A DNA stretch of 52,515 nt from a virus: the IMG/VR virus record IMGVR_UViG_3300045988_128440; one strand, written 5' to 3'. The position numbers were made by a program, and so were the translations under genes. The first letter of the stretch is position 1. Each line of letters opens with the position of its first letter. Positions 42,791 to 51,887 of the stretch are shown piece after piece. The notes beneath the pieces are model-generated. The model worked only from the letters and a program-made list of their open reading frames with translations, made no database searches and was not told the origin of the DNA.

Positions 42791-44647
42791 TTATTCAGTT
42801 TCATCAATTAGTATCTTTAAATGAGGTGTAAGTGTGAATTTATCTATAGCTTCCTTGTTCCATCTTCCACCCTCATTTTTTTCATATTCCACTTTTATGA
42901 AAATATCCTTTAATAAATCGTTCTTTTCTTGTATACTTAACTTGTCATATTGTTTTAGGCAATCCGCTATTATAGGGATTGCTTTTTTATATCTAATAAT
43001 CTTATCTTGGTTAGTATCTTTTAAAATTTCTTCCTTTGTTTTTTCTATCTCTTTTAATTCGTTTTCTATATCGTTTTTATCCTCAATATATTCATTATAA
43101 GTAAATTCTTCTCTATTGTATGATCGTCTTAAATTCTTCAATTCTTTCTTTAAATCCTCAATTTGCTTTTCAATTTTATTTAATGTTTTAGCGTTGCTTT
43201 TAGCTTCTTTGATTATTTCTTGCTCATAGTTATCTACATAGTATCTAAAATCATTTAGTTGTATTTCTAATGCCTGTAATAATCTTTTTTCTACAAGTTG
43301 CAACTCACTAGAAACATTGTCACAAAACGGAGTTAAACATATCAAGCTATCATTTTGTTTAACTTTCTTGTTATAGGTGGTTATAATCTTATCCCATTTG
43401 CTGTCTTTGATTTCAAGCACTTCTTTTAATTGATACCAATGATTAGCAAGGTTTTTCCCATCATAGAATTTATCAATGTTAGTAGGAAACCACCCTTTAA
43501 CTGTATCTCTTGATATATTCATTTTTTTAGCTATTTGAGATAAAGAAAGATTAGATTTCTCTTTTGAACTTCTCATAAAGTCTAATAGTTCTTGTTTATC
43601 ATACTTATATTTTCTAAAACCATTTTTTAAATGCTTTTCGTTGTATGGTCTCCTTATCATATGCCTACCGCATTTCTTACAAAAGACAACACCAGCTAAA
43701 GGATTAGAAGCGTTTTTATTTCCACCTAATTTAGATGATGGGTGAGATTTTAATATCTCTTGTACGTTTTTAAATTCTTCTTCACTTATTAATGCTTTAT
43801 GCTTTCCTTTGTAGACATAGTATTTATCATTTAGCTTTCTTTTTTTGACAACCTCACCATTAATAATCTCTTCAACTGTTTTAAACTTTTCCCATGTGTT
43901 ATAACCACAATAAACCTCGGATGTAACTATATTTCTAACCATAGCAGGTGTCCAATATTCATTCTTTCTAGCCTTGTATTTGTACTTATTTAAATGGTTT
44001 GCTAGATTGCTAGTACCAACACCCTCTAAAAGCATTTCAAACATTAAAATAACTGTTTGTGACTCTTCCTCATGAGGTTCTAATATAAAGCGATCTTGTT
44101 CATCATGTAATTGCTTTCTTTTATATCCAAAAGGTGCTGAACTCCCTATGTAATAACCGTCTCTAACCGATTTATGCCTACCTCTATTCATAACATCTTT
44201 AGCATAGTTACGATATTCAGCGGATTGTATCATACGCATTTCAAGATACTTTTTATCCATAGGATTTTTTAGATCATAAGTTTGGTCAAGGGTTGCTATT
44301 AGAGTGTTAGTAACATCAAATATTTTTAAAACATCACCAGCACCATACATACCACTTCTACTTAAACGTTCAGGGTCAACACACCAAACACGTTTTATAT
44401 TTCCATTTTCTAATCTTCTTAAAAGTCGTAAAAAGTCAGGTCTATCTTTTATATTTTCTCCACCTGATACAATTTCCCTATATATATTTTCTTCTTTAAC
44501 AGGCTTTCCTGTGGTTTTTATACATAACTCTTGTAATTGTTCCTCATGCCTTTTTAATGTGATCTCTATTGGTTCTTTTATGTTGTCACTTCTTGATTTT
44601 CTTAATAGCATTAAATCTATTTCTTCAAATATTGGAATTTTGTTCAT
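42791..44647 (-). CDS. large serine recombinase (integrase)
   Basis: N-terminal resolvase motif LLRKSRSD..YREIVSGG, a recombinase domain, zinc ribbon CKKCGRHM and a long coiled-coil C-terminus; 618 aa. Confidence 0.9.
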   Translation of the reverse strand: MNKIPIFEEIDLMLLRKSRSDNIKEPIEITLKRHEEQLQELCIKTTGKPVKEENIYREIVSGGENIKDRPDFLRLLRRLENGNIKRVWCVDPERLSRSGMYGAGDVLKIFDVTNTLIATLDQTYDLKNPMDKKYLEMRMIQSAEYRNYAKDVMNRGRHKSVRDGYYIGSSAPFGYKRKQLHDEQDRFILEPHEEESQTVILMFEMLLEGVGTSNLANHLNKYKYKARKNEYWTPAMVRNIVTSEVYCGYNTWEKFKTVEEIINGEVVKKRKLNDKYYVYKGKHKALISEEEFKNVQEILKSHPSSKLGGNKNASNPLAGVVFCKKCGRHMIRRPYNEKHLKNGFRKYKYDKQELLDFMRSSKEKSNLSLSQIAKKMNISRDTVKGWFPTNIDKFYDGKNLANHWYQLKEVLEIKDSKWDKIITTYNKKVKQNDSLICLTPFCDNVSSELQLVEKRLLQALEIQLNDFRYYVDNYEQEIIKEAKSNAKTLNKIEKQIEDLKKELKNLRRSYNREEFTYNEYIEDKNDIENELKEIEKTKEEILKDTNQDKIIRYKKAIPIIADCLKQYDKLSIQEKNDLLKDIFIKVEYEKNEGGRWNKEAIDKFTLTPHLKILIDETE

Positions 44648-44680
44648 TAATTAACACCTTTTTCTTATTGTCATAAAGTT

Positions 44681-44693
44681 TTCAAATAGTTAA
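44681..44693 (+). repeat. motif variant TTCAAATAGTTAA
   Basis: One mismatch. On the + strand although adjacent to the - strand integrase start; 67 nt before ATG 44761. Confidence 0.6.
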
Positions 44694-44760
44694 TATTTAA
44701 ATATAAAGTATTCATACATAAATCAATCATACATAACATAGAATTTTTTGAGGTGATCAA

Positions 44761-44931
44761 ATGCAAATAGGAAATACTACAATCAATTTTATAAACCCAC
44801 CAGCACAAACAAAAGACAACCTAAAAAATCTATATGATACTTGCAATAGAATATTCAAAGATGAAGCGTTATTTTATTCAAAAGATGAAATAAAAAAATT
44901 AAAGAAAAATAAAAAGAATATTTGGTTATGA
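44761..44931 (+). CDS. hypothetical protein (56 aa)
   Basis: RBS GAGGTG then ATG; followed by hairpin gaagc-gcaat-gcttc. Confidence 0.5.
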   Translation: MQIGNTTINFINPPAQTKDNLKNLYDTCNRIFKDEALFYSKDEIKKLKKNKKNIWL

Positions 44932-44946
44932 GAAGCGCAATGCTTC

Positions 44947-45312
44947 TTATTTTTTTGATTGTTCTTTAGCTTCAAGGTACAATCTCATAAGGCTTTCATA
45001 AAGTTCTTGTTTTTCTTCAAGTGGTATGACCTCATTTGTAAATATCGTTCTTGCACGTTCCAATAAATCAACTGTTTCTATTTCATCAGTTACAAATCCT
45101 AAAGTTTCTAGTGATACATTGAAATAATCAGCAAGTGTTTTAATTTGATGTATATTTAAGTTTCTTCTTCCTGTTTCTAAATTAGAAACTTGTCCTCTAG
45201 ATAACCCACCCAATACAGTTCCCAATTCATCTTGTGTCATAGATCGTGACTTTCTTAAATGTTTTATCTTTGCTCCTATTTCCTTTGTGTCAATACTCTT
45301 TTGTATCTTCAA
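44947..45312 (-). CDS. CI-like XRE-family repressor
   Basis: HTH segment IKHLRKSRSMTQDELGTVLGGLSRGQVSNLETGRRNLNIHQIKTLADYF; divergent from the cro-like gene. Confidence 0.8.
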   Translation of the reverse strand: MKIQKSIDTKEIGAKIKHLRKSRSMTQDELGTVLGGLSRGQVSNLETGRRNLNIHQIKTLADYFNVSLETLGFVTDEIETVDLLERARTIFTNEVIPLEEKQELYESLMRLYLEAKEQSKK

Positions 45313-45358
45313 TATTAAAAACTCCTTTCTAGTAATAATTCTAATATATCATAGTGTA

Positions 45359-45371
45359 TTCTAATAGTAAA
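45359..45371 (+). repeat. motif variant TTCTAATAGTAAA in the switch region
   Basis: One mismatch; the same variant as at 2887. Confidence 0.55.
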
Positions 45372-45400
45372 CTTTTCATACCAAAAATGTATTTTCATTA

Positions 45401-45429
45401 TTGCCAAAAAATAAAAATTATTGTAAAAT
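45401..45429 (+). promoter_or_regulatory. rightward promoter TTGCCA-N17-TAAAAT with TG extension
   Basis: Hexamers at 45401-45406 and 45424-45429, with TG at 45422-45423. Confidence 0.5.
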
Positions 45430-45466
45430 AACATTGTCAAGGGAGCGACAGTTATAATGACATTGC

Positions 45467-45479
45467 TTCAAATAGTAGA
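45467..45479 (+). repeat. motif variant TTCAAATAGTAGA
   Basis: One mismatch; followed by AAGGAGA. Confidence 0.6.
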
Positions 45480-45595
45480 AAGGAGATTGAATAAAGACGA
45501 TTTATAGAAAATTTATGCAATTTAATGGAACGTATGTTCTTATAATTAAAAAAGTTATATCATGATGATATTACATAAATAAAGAGGGCGATTAT

Positions 45596-45769
45596 ATGAA
45601 TAAATTGATTGATGAATTAGAAAAACTTATTTTTGAGGAAAATATCAAATTTCAAAAACATCACATAGAAAGCCTTAAACAAAAGATTGTTGAGATCGAA
45701 CAACAAGCAAATTTTTATGATGATGATATAAGCGAAATTGATTATAAGGAGGTAAAAGGCATGATTTAA
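45596..45769 (+). CDS. hypothetical coiled-coil protein (57 aa)
   Basis: RBS AGAGGG then ATG. Hairpin gcatgat-ttaa-tcatgc overlaps the stop. Confidence 0.5.
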   Translation: MNKLIDELEKLIFEENIKFQKHHIESLKQKIVEIEQQANFYDDDISEIDYKEVKGMI

Positions 45770-45789
45770 TCATGCTTTATACAAAACGC

Positions 45790-45802
45790 TTCAAATAGTA
45801 AA
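45790..45802 (+). repeat. TTCAAATAGTAAA motif copy (perfect)
   Basis: Abuts SD AAAGGAGG of the cro-like gene. Confidence 0.9.
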
Positions 45803-45822
45803 GAAAGGAGGTTTATTGAATA

Positions 45823-46026
45823 GTGAGAAGAAAAAAGTTAAAGATGTGGAGAGTATCACAAGACCTTACACAAAAAGAAGTGGCTAAAGCATTAGATACA
45901 GCACCTAGTCATTATTCACTCATTGAGCAAGGGATAAATAACCCATCATATGAGTTATTAGTTAAGTTTGAAGATGTTTTCAAAACTGAAAACACATTAA
46001 GATTGTTTGAAAAAGAGAAAGGATAA
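45823..46026 (+). CDS. Cro-like XRE-family HTH protein
   Basis: LTQKEVAKALDTAPSHYSLIEQGINNPSYELLVKF. GTG start (an alternative ATG is at 45844). Confidence 0.75.
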   Translation: MRRKKLKMWRVSQDLTQKEVAKALDTAPSHYSLIEQGINNPSYELLVKFEDVFKTENTLRLFEKEKG

Positions 46027-46034
46027 AGGAAATT

Positions 46035-46943
46035 ATGTCACATTTTACAGTAGGAGTTATTTGTAAGGAGTTAAATGATTATGAAAAATTATTAGCACCA
46101 TATCAAGAAAATAATATGGGATATTGTCCAAAAGAATATTTGAAATTTACAAGCACTTCAAAAGAAGAAAAAAAGCGCTATGAAAATGATACAACCGAAC
46201 GATTTGTAACTGATGATGGAAAGTATCTTTATACATGGGATAGTTGTTTTAAAGTAAGAATAGATGAAGAGGAATATGAGAAATTAAAAAATCTCAAAGG
46301 AACAAAAGTATCTTCTTATGGTTGGGGAAGCGAAAGGAAGTTTTACAAACTTGATCATTCACTTTTAAAAGGAGAAGTAAAAGAAGTTCCTTATAAAGAA
46401 TTATGTCCAACTTTTGGTTGTTTTATGGAAGAGTATGGAGATGGTGAATTTGACAAAGAAATGAATGATTACGGTTATTGGGAAAACCCTAACGCTAAAT
46501 GGGATTGGTATGTTATAGGCGGTAGATGGAGCAATAACGTTTTATTAAAAAATGATGGTAGATGTGATTTTGCAAAATTAAAAGATATAAATTTTGGAGT
46601 TGATAATAAACGATATGTAAAAAATATAAGATTTTGGGAAATCGTTGTAGAAGATCAACCTTTAAAAGATGGAGAAGAAAGACCATTTAATCTTTATAAA
46701 AAAGAATATTATTTAGAAAGATACAAAGATAAAGAGGATTATGCAACAAGAAATAGTAAACATAGGACATTCGCATTAATTACACCTGATGGTAAATGGT
46801 ATGAAAAAGGACAAATGGGTTGGTTCGGTTTTGAAGACACAACAAATGAAACAATAAAAAACTATGATAAAAATTTTGAGAATATTGTGAATAGTGAAGA
46901 ATACCGAGATTATTATTTTGTATTAGTAGATTGTCATATTTAA
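46035..46943 (+). CDS. hypothetical protein
   Basis: 302-aa ORF containing WDWYVIGGRWSN; function not recognised. Confidence 0.75.
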   Translation: MSHFTVGVICKELNDYEKLLAPYQENNMGYCPKEYLKFTSTSKEEKKRYENDTTERFVTDDGKYLYTWDSCFKVRIDEEEYEKLKNLKGTKVSSYGWGSERKFYKLDHSLLKGEVKEVPYKELCPTFGCFMEEYGDGEFDKEMNDYGYWENPNAKWDWYVIGGRWSNNVLLKNDGRCDFAKLKDINFGVDNKRYVKNIRFWEIVVEDQPLKDGEERPFNLYKKEYYLERYKDKEDYATRNSKHRTFALITPDGKWYEKGQMGWFGFEDTTNETIKNYDKNFENIVNSEEYRDYYFVLVDCHI

Positions 46944-46960
46944 GAAAGGAACAAAGAAAG

Positions 46961-47857
46961 ATGAAGATTACAAATATTTATAACCTACCTCAACCATTGG
47001 TAGACGCTGTTACAAAGGAATATCAATACAAACCAAAACAATATAGCGTAACAGCATTATTAAAAGGAAGTTGCCAAGCTGTTTTAGAAAGAAGATATGG
47101 GCATTTAGTAGAGCAAGATGTAAGTGAGATGATTTGGGCGCTATTTGGTTCAGCAGTACACAGTATTTTAGAAAATGCACAAGAAACTGATAGCCAATTA
47201 AAAGAAAACTATCTTGTTATTGATGTAAACGGATATAAATTAAGTGGAATTTTTGATTTATATGATGAAAAGACAAAAACAGTAACGGACTATAAAACCG
47301 CTACAGCATGGAAAGTTATTTTTGATGATTGGGACGATTACCGACAACAAACATTAATGTATGCTTATATGTTAAGAAAGATTGGTTTTGAATGTGACAA
47401 AGGAGAAATCATAGCTATTTTAAAAGATCATTCAAAAACAAAGGCTAAAACTGATAGTAACTATCCTAAATTACCTGTATATAAAAAGCAATTTACATTT
47501 ACTGAAAAAGACTTTGAAGAAATTGAAAAATTCATCACATCAAAGTTTATTGATATTAGCGTTGCCGAAGATACGGACACTGATAAATTAGAGCCTTGTT
47601 CACCTAAAGAAAGATGGGAAACACCAACAAAATATGCTGTTAAAAAAGAGGGTAGAAAAACAGCTTTAAAAGTATGTGAAAGCAAAGAACAAGCTGAAAT
47701 ATATATAGAAGCTAAAGGATTAGATAGCAAACATTACATTGAGGAAAGAAAAGGAGAATGTAAAAGATGTAATGATTATTGTAGCGTTAATATCTATTGC
47801 CCATTCTATAGAAAAATGAAAGGGTTAGACAATGAAGAAAACGTATGCAATTTATAA
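46961..47857 (+). CDS. PD-(D/E)XK exonuclease, Cas4/RecB-like with C-terminal Cys cluster
   Basis: GIFDLYDEKTKTVTDYKT (D..D/ExK) and CKRCNDYCSVNIYCPFY. ATG after AAGGAAC. Confidence 0.7.
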   Translation: MKITNIYNLPQPLVDAVTKEYQYKPKQYSVTALLKGSCQAVLERRYGHLVEQDVSEMIWALFGSAVHSILENAQETDSQLKENYLVIDVNGYKLSGIFDLYDEKTKTVTDYKTATAWKVIFDDWDDYRQQTLMYAYMLRKIGFECDKGEIIAILKDHSKTKAKTDSNYPKLPVYKKQFTFTEKDFEEIEKFITSKFIDISVAEDTDTDKLEPCSPKERWETPTKYAVKKEGRKTALKVCESKEQAEIYIEAKGLDSKHYIEERKGECKRCNDYCSVNIYCPFYRKMKGLDNEENVCNL

Positions 47858-48029
47858 CCACAATGATGAATTGATATTTGTTGGTACTTGTAAAGAGTGT
47901 GCTGAATTTCTAGGTCATAGCGTAAATACTTTTCGTTCAATGGCAAGTAAGCACAATAGAGGATTAGTCAAAAAAGGAAGAGAGTTTAAGATTTATACAT
48001 TAGAAAAGGAGAAAGAAGAAAATGATTAA
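47832..48029 (+). CDS. hypothetical protein
   Basis: 65-aa ORF overlapping its neighbours. Confidence 0.65.
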   Translation: MKKTYAIYNHNDELIFVGTCKECAEFLGHSVNTFRSMASKHNRGLVKKGREFKIYTLEKEKEEND

Positions 48030-48441
48030 AAGACAAGAATTAGTAAATGATATTTTAGATATATATGATTATGTAGACCATTTAGAAAAAGAGGTTGAAC
48101 GTTTAAAACCTTATTCAATCAAGGAAGAAAAAGAAAATAGTGAAACATTAAACCATATTGATTATTTAATGATTAGTATAGGAAAACAAAAAACTTTAGA
48201 TAGGTGTTTATATAACTGGAGAGAAGTTAAAGCGAAGTATGATGAAGAAAATGATACTTATAACGTAACTTCATATAATAATTGGTTAAATGAAAAATTA
48301 AGACGTGATGAAATACCTGATAGTATTTCACTTGATGAATTTAGAGTTTATTTTAGAAAAGAATTACAAGAAATATATGAAAAAGAAAAATCAATAGCAT
48401 TAAATAAAGCTAAAGGCATTGAAAATGTGGAGGAAGAATAA
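48022..48441 (+). CDS. hypothetical protein
   Basis: 139-aa ORF. Confidence 0.7.
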   Translation: MIKRQELVNDILDIYDYVDHLEKEVERLKPYSIKEEKENSETLNHIDYLMISIGKQKTLDRCLYNWREVKAKYDEENDTYNVTSYNNWLNEKLRRDEIPDSISLDEFRVYFRKELQEIYEKEKSIALNKAKGIENVEEE

Positions 48442-48448
48442 AATAAAT

Positions 48449-48889
48449 ATGGATTATGAAGAATATATAAAGGAACATTTTCAATATGACAATCAAACAG
48501 GTTTACTTTCTAGGAATGATAGAAAAGGCGGTTTAGGGAGTATTGATAAAGATGGATATTTGATAATTAAAGTTAAAGGGAAACAATTTAAATATCATAG
48601 AGTTGTTTGGCTGTTATGTTATGGCCAATTTCCTAAAAAAGAACTAGATCATATTGATAGAAACAAACTAAATAATAGAATTGAAAATTTAAGAGAAGCT
48701 GATAGGCAATTACAAATTGAAAACCAAAAACCAATTATCAATAAAGATACCAAAGAACAACATATATATTTAGATAAATCAACTAAAGGATTAAAAGCAA
48801 GGTATGTTGTAAGGAAAGGGAATAAAGCTTATAGATTTAGAAATATTGAAGAAGCTAAAAAAATGAGGGATAAATTATGGAAGAAGTAA
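48449..48889 (+). CDS. HNH endonuclease (HNH_3 type)
   Basis: KYHRVVWLLCYGQFPKKELDHIDRNKLNNRIENLREA. Confidence 0.8.
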   Translation: MDYEEYIKEHFQYDNQTGLLSRNDRKGGLGSIDKDGYLIIKVKGKQFKYHRVVWLLCYGQFPKKELDHIDRNKLNNRIENLREADRQLQIENQKPIINKDTKEQHIYLDKSTKGLKARYVVRKGNKAYRFRNIEEAKKMRDKLWKK

Positions 48890-49575
48890 AAGAAGAAACA
48901 AAAAAAGAAAAATCAATATTTGAAACATTAAATAGTATTGATGTAGGAGATAAGATTGAAAAGAAAAATGGATTGTCATATTTAAGTTGGGCATGGGCAT
49001 GGGCGGAAGTTAAAAAGCTATATCCTAATGCAAACTATAAAATCTATGAACGTGATACACAATTTGGATTAGTCAATTATTTTACTGATGGTAAAACGTG
49101 TTGGGTAAAAACAGGAGTTACTATTGGAAATTTAGAACATATTGAAGAATTGCCTGTAATGGATTATAGAAATAAATCAATTCTATTAAACAATGTAACA
49201 TCATTTGATGTAAATAAAGCAATTCAAAGAAGTTTAACAAAAGCGTTAGCAAGACATGGTTTAGGCTTATATATTTATGCTGGTGAAGATTTACCTGAAG
49301 AATTAAAAGAAGAGAATAAAAAACAACAACCAAAGCAACAACCACAACAACAAGGCTTTGAACAAGCTAATTTGATGGCTAACATTGATAATTGCTTGAA
49401 AAAATTAAAAGAATTAGGTGTTGATATTAAAAGCAAAGGTTCATTAGATTTCATTGATAAATACAACAATAATTTACATGACATTAATATCATGACGGAT
49501 AGCGAAAAATACAATTATCTAAAAGTATTAAATGAAATGATTAAGTTAAAGGAGAAACAAAATGGCAATAAATAA
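48877..49575 (+). CDS. Rad52-like single-strand annealing protein (Sak/DUF1071 type)
   Basis: LSYLSWAWAWAEVKKLYPNANY..LPVMDYRNKSI..AIQRSLTKALARHGLGLYIYAGEDLP. Confidence 0.7.
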   Translation: MEEVKEETKKEKSIFETLNSIDVGDKIEKKNGLSYLSWAWAWAEVKKLYPNANYKIYERDTQFGLVNYFTDGKTCWVKTGVTIGNLEHIEELPVMDYRNKSILLNNVTSFDVNKAIQRSLTKALARHGLGLYIYAGEDLPEELKEENKKQQPKQQPQQQGFEQANLMANIDNCLKKLKELGVDIKSKGSLDFIDKYNNNLHDINIMTDSEKYNYLKVLNEMIKLKEKQNGNK

Positions 49576-49969
49576 AGTAGTAATGGTGGGGAATATGACA
49601 AGAGACCCTGAATTAAGAAGAACAGCAAACGGAAACCCTGTAGCTTCTTTCACTCTTGCATTAAATAGAATTCAACAATCAAGTGACGGACAACAAGCCG
49701 ATTATATTTCATGTGTTGTATGGGGTAAGATTGCTGAAAGTACAGCGCAATATTGCTCTAAAGGTTCAAAAGTTGGAGTTGTAGGACATTTACAAAGTAG
49801 ATCATACGATAACGCACAAGGTCAAAGAGTGTATGTTACGGAAGTTGTATGTGAACAAGTTGATTTTATCAATACAAGAAACCAAGAAAATAACGCTCAA
49901 CCTCAACAAGTAGAAAATAACCCTTTTGATCAATCTTTCAATATTATGGATGAAGATTTACCATTTTAA
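49562..49969 (+). CDS. ssb: single-stranded DNA-binding protein
   Basis: MAINKVVMVGNMTRDPELRRTANGNPVASFTLA.., an OB fold with the acidic tail DEDLPF. Confidence 0.9.
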   Translation: MAINKVVMVGNMTRDPELRRTANGNPVASFTLALNRIQQSSDGQQADYISCVVWGKIAESTAQYCSKGSKVGVVGHLQSRSYDNAQGQRVYVTEVVCEQVDFINTRNQENNAQPQQVENNPFDQSFNIMDEDLPF

Positions 49970-49978
49970 ATAAAATGC

Positions 49979-49991
49979 TTCAAATAGTAAA
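49979..49991 (+). repeat. TTCAAATAGTAAA motif copy (perfect)
   Basis: 10 nt after the ssb stop; 55 nt before ATG 50047. Confidence 0.9.
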
Positions 49992-50046
49992 TATTAATAG
50001 AGGTTTGCATACATTGTAAATCTCTATTAATTCAAAAGGAGGACAT

Positions 50047-50238
50047 ATGAGAAGATTAAAATTGTGGATAGTACACCACCCACATTTAACAAGATTTATT
50101 ATAAAAGAATTGATTGTTTTAATTATTTTTGCATTATTTGTTGGAATATATCATTTTTTTATTAGTTCATTTACTTTAAAAGAAATCGTTATTTTACTTA
50201 TAGGTTACCATTTTATACTTTATATATTGGGTAGTTAA
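50047..50238 (+). CDS. small membrane protein
   Basis: RBS AAAGGAGG; two hydrophobic segments. Confidence 0.65.
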   Translation: MRRLKLWIVHHPHLTRFIIKELIVLIIFALFVGIYHFFISSFTLKEIVILLIGYHFILYILGS

Positions 50239-50730
50239 ATGATTAAAATTCAAGCTGATTATACAAGAAAACTAATTAATGAAAATGGTGATTTAGAAGT
50301 CACGTTTACTATTAAAGATTATGCAAGTAAAAAGAGATTTGATGAACTAAACAAAGATATATACCAATTAGAAATAACAAAACCAAGAAGTAAAAGAAGT
50401 CTTAACCAAAACAGGCTCTTTTGGAAAATGGTTGGACTTATTTCAAATAAATTAAATCAAGATGAAATGGAAATATACATTTTATTATTAGAAGATACAA
50501 ACGCAAAATATGAGTACATCATGGGAATAGAAGCTATTGAAGATGAATTAAAAAGGACATTTAGGGCGGTTAAGGTTGTAAGACCTGAATATCATAACGG
50601 AAAGAAATTTATCATTTATAAAGTGTTCTATGGTTCGTCTAAATTTGACACTAAAGAAATGACAATGTTAATTGATAAAGCTATGTCATGGTGTCATGAG
50701 TTGGATATACCTATTGATGATGAATATTAG
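50239..50730 (+). CDS. conserved phage protein (RSLNQNRLFW motif; possibly NinB-like)
   Basis: 163-aa ORF; the function guess is weak. Confidence 0.6.
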   Translation: MIKIQADYTRKLINENGDLEVTFTIKDYASKKRFDELNKDIYQLEITKPRSKRSLNQNRLFWKMVGLISNKLNQDEMEIYILLLEDTNAKYEYIMGIEAIEDELKRTFRAVKVVRPEYHNGKKFIIYKVFYGSSKFDTKEMTMLIDKAMSWCHELDIPIDDEY

Positions 50731-50742
50731 AGGTAAAAGGAA

Positions 50743-51087
50743 ATGGAAATAAGATTACAAGAAAGTATTGATTTTACGTGTAAAGGCAAGTGTTCAAAAT
50801 GCGGAGCGTGTTGTTCAAATTTATTACCTTTAACAAAAGCTGAAATTAGGCATTTAAGAGAAATCGTTAAGAAAAGAAAATTAAAACCTCATTATCATAT
50901 ATTGTATAACGCTAAATATGATATGAATTGCCCATTTTTAAACGATCAAAACAAATGCTCTATTTATGAAGATAGACCATATATATGTAAAATTTTTAAA
51001 TGTGATAAGGAAGCAATGAATGAAAAAGAAGCAAGAAGATTAATTAATGCAAAATTAACCAATTTAAGAGAGGTAATTTTTAAATGA
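50743..51087 (+). CDS. YkgJ-family Cys-cluster (zinc/iron-chelating) protein
   Basis: CKGKCSKCGACCS..CPFLNDQNKCSIYEDRPYICKIFKC. Confidence 0.65.
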   Translation: MEIRLQESIDFTCKGKCSKCGACCSNLLPLTKAEIRHLREIVKKRKLKPHYHILYNAKYDMNCPFLNDQNKCSIYEDRPYICKIFKCDKEAMNEKEARRLINAKLTNLREVIFK

Positions 51088-51359
51088 AATCAATTTTACA
51101 AGATGAAAAGAAATGTTATATCACAGGGGCAAAACATGGATTACATCAACATCATATATATATGGGTGCTAATAGAAAGAACGCTGATAAATGGGGTTGT
51201 TGGGTATGGTTAAGAGCTGATTGGCATAATATGAGCAATTATGGAGTTCACTTTAATAGAGAATTAGATTTAAAACTAAAAAGAGAATGTCAAAAAAAGT
51301 TTGAGGAATTATATGATCATGAAACTTTTATGAAAGTATTCCATAAGAATTATTTATAA
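51084..51359 (+). CDS. conserved phage protein
   Basis: 91 aa; contains CYITGAKHGLHQHHIYMGANRKNADKWG.. Confidence 0.65.
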   Translation: MKSILQDEKKCYITGAKHGLHQHHIYMGANRKNADKWGCWVWLRADWHNMSNYGVHFNRELDLKLKRECQKKFEELYDHETFMKVFHKNYL

Positions 51360-51479
51360 AACGCTCATATTTCGATTTTAAGAGGTTTTTATAAAAACAC
51401 GATTAACTTATCTAAATATATAAAAATCTCTTTATATGATTAAAATAAGCAATAAATAAAACGTATTAAGAGGTGTAGT

Positions 51480-51851
51480 ATGCAAAGATTTATTATTAAA
51501 GGTCGATTAGATGGATTGAACGAGGTTATTTTAGCAAATAGAACAAATAAATATAAAGGTGCGAAAATAAAGAAAGACAATGAAACCATAGTTATATATT
51601 ATGCTAGGCTATATAAACTAAAGCCAATAACTAAATATCCTATTAAATTAAAAATTGATTGGTATGAGAAGAATAAACGCAGGGATATAGATAATGTATT
51701 GAGTGCTAAAAAATTTATTCTTGATGGATTGGTTAAAGCCAAAATATTAAAAGGTGATGGGCAAAAGTATTTTGATGAAGTAATAAAAGAAAATGTATAT
51801 ATTGATAAAGAAAATCCACGTATTGAAGTAACTATAATTGAGAATGACTAA
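51480..51851 (+). CDS. rusA: RusA-like Holliday junction resolvase
   Basis: RRDIDNVLSAKKFILDGLVKAKILKGDGQKY pattern; 123 aa. Confidence 0.6.
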   Translation: MQRFIIKGRLDGLNEVILANRTNKYKGAKIKKDNETIVIYYARLYKLKPITKYPIKLKIDWYEKNKRRDIDNVLSAKKFILDGLVKAKILKGDGQKYFDEVIKENVYIDKENPRIEVTIIEND

Positions 51852-51856
51852 ATGTA

Positions 51857-51869
51857 TTCAAATAGTAAA
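51857..51869 (+). repeat. TTCAAATAGTAAA motif copy (perfect)
   Basis: 6 nt after the RusA stop; upstream of promoter 51888. Confidence 0.9.
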
Positions 51870-51887
51870 TAAAACGTGAAATAGTTA

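Noticed and set aside
42834-44654. Plus-strand ORFs 42834..43100 and 44304..44654 inside the integrase region.
   Set aside because: They are antisense to the clearly recognisable 618-aa serine recombinase, with low-complexity translations and no RBS.
1230-51869. Reading TTCAAA of the 13-nt motif as a standard -35 hexamer.
   Set aside because: A plausible -10 at 17 nt is found only for copies 3206 (TAAAAT) and 14237 (TAGAAT). At 1230 and 11244 the start codon lies where the -10 would be, and at 4746 and 51857 a full independent promoter lies downstream. The motif is therefore not consistently a -35.
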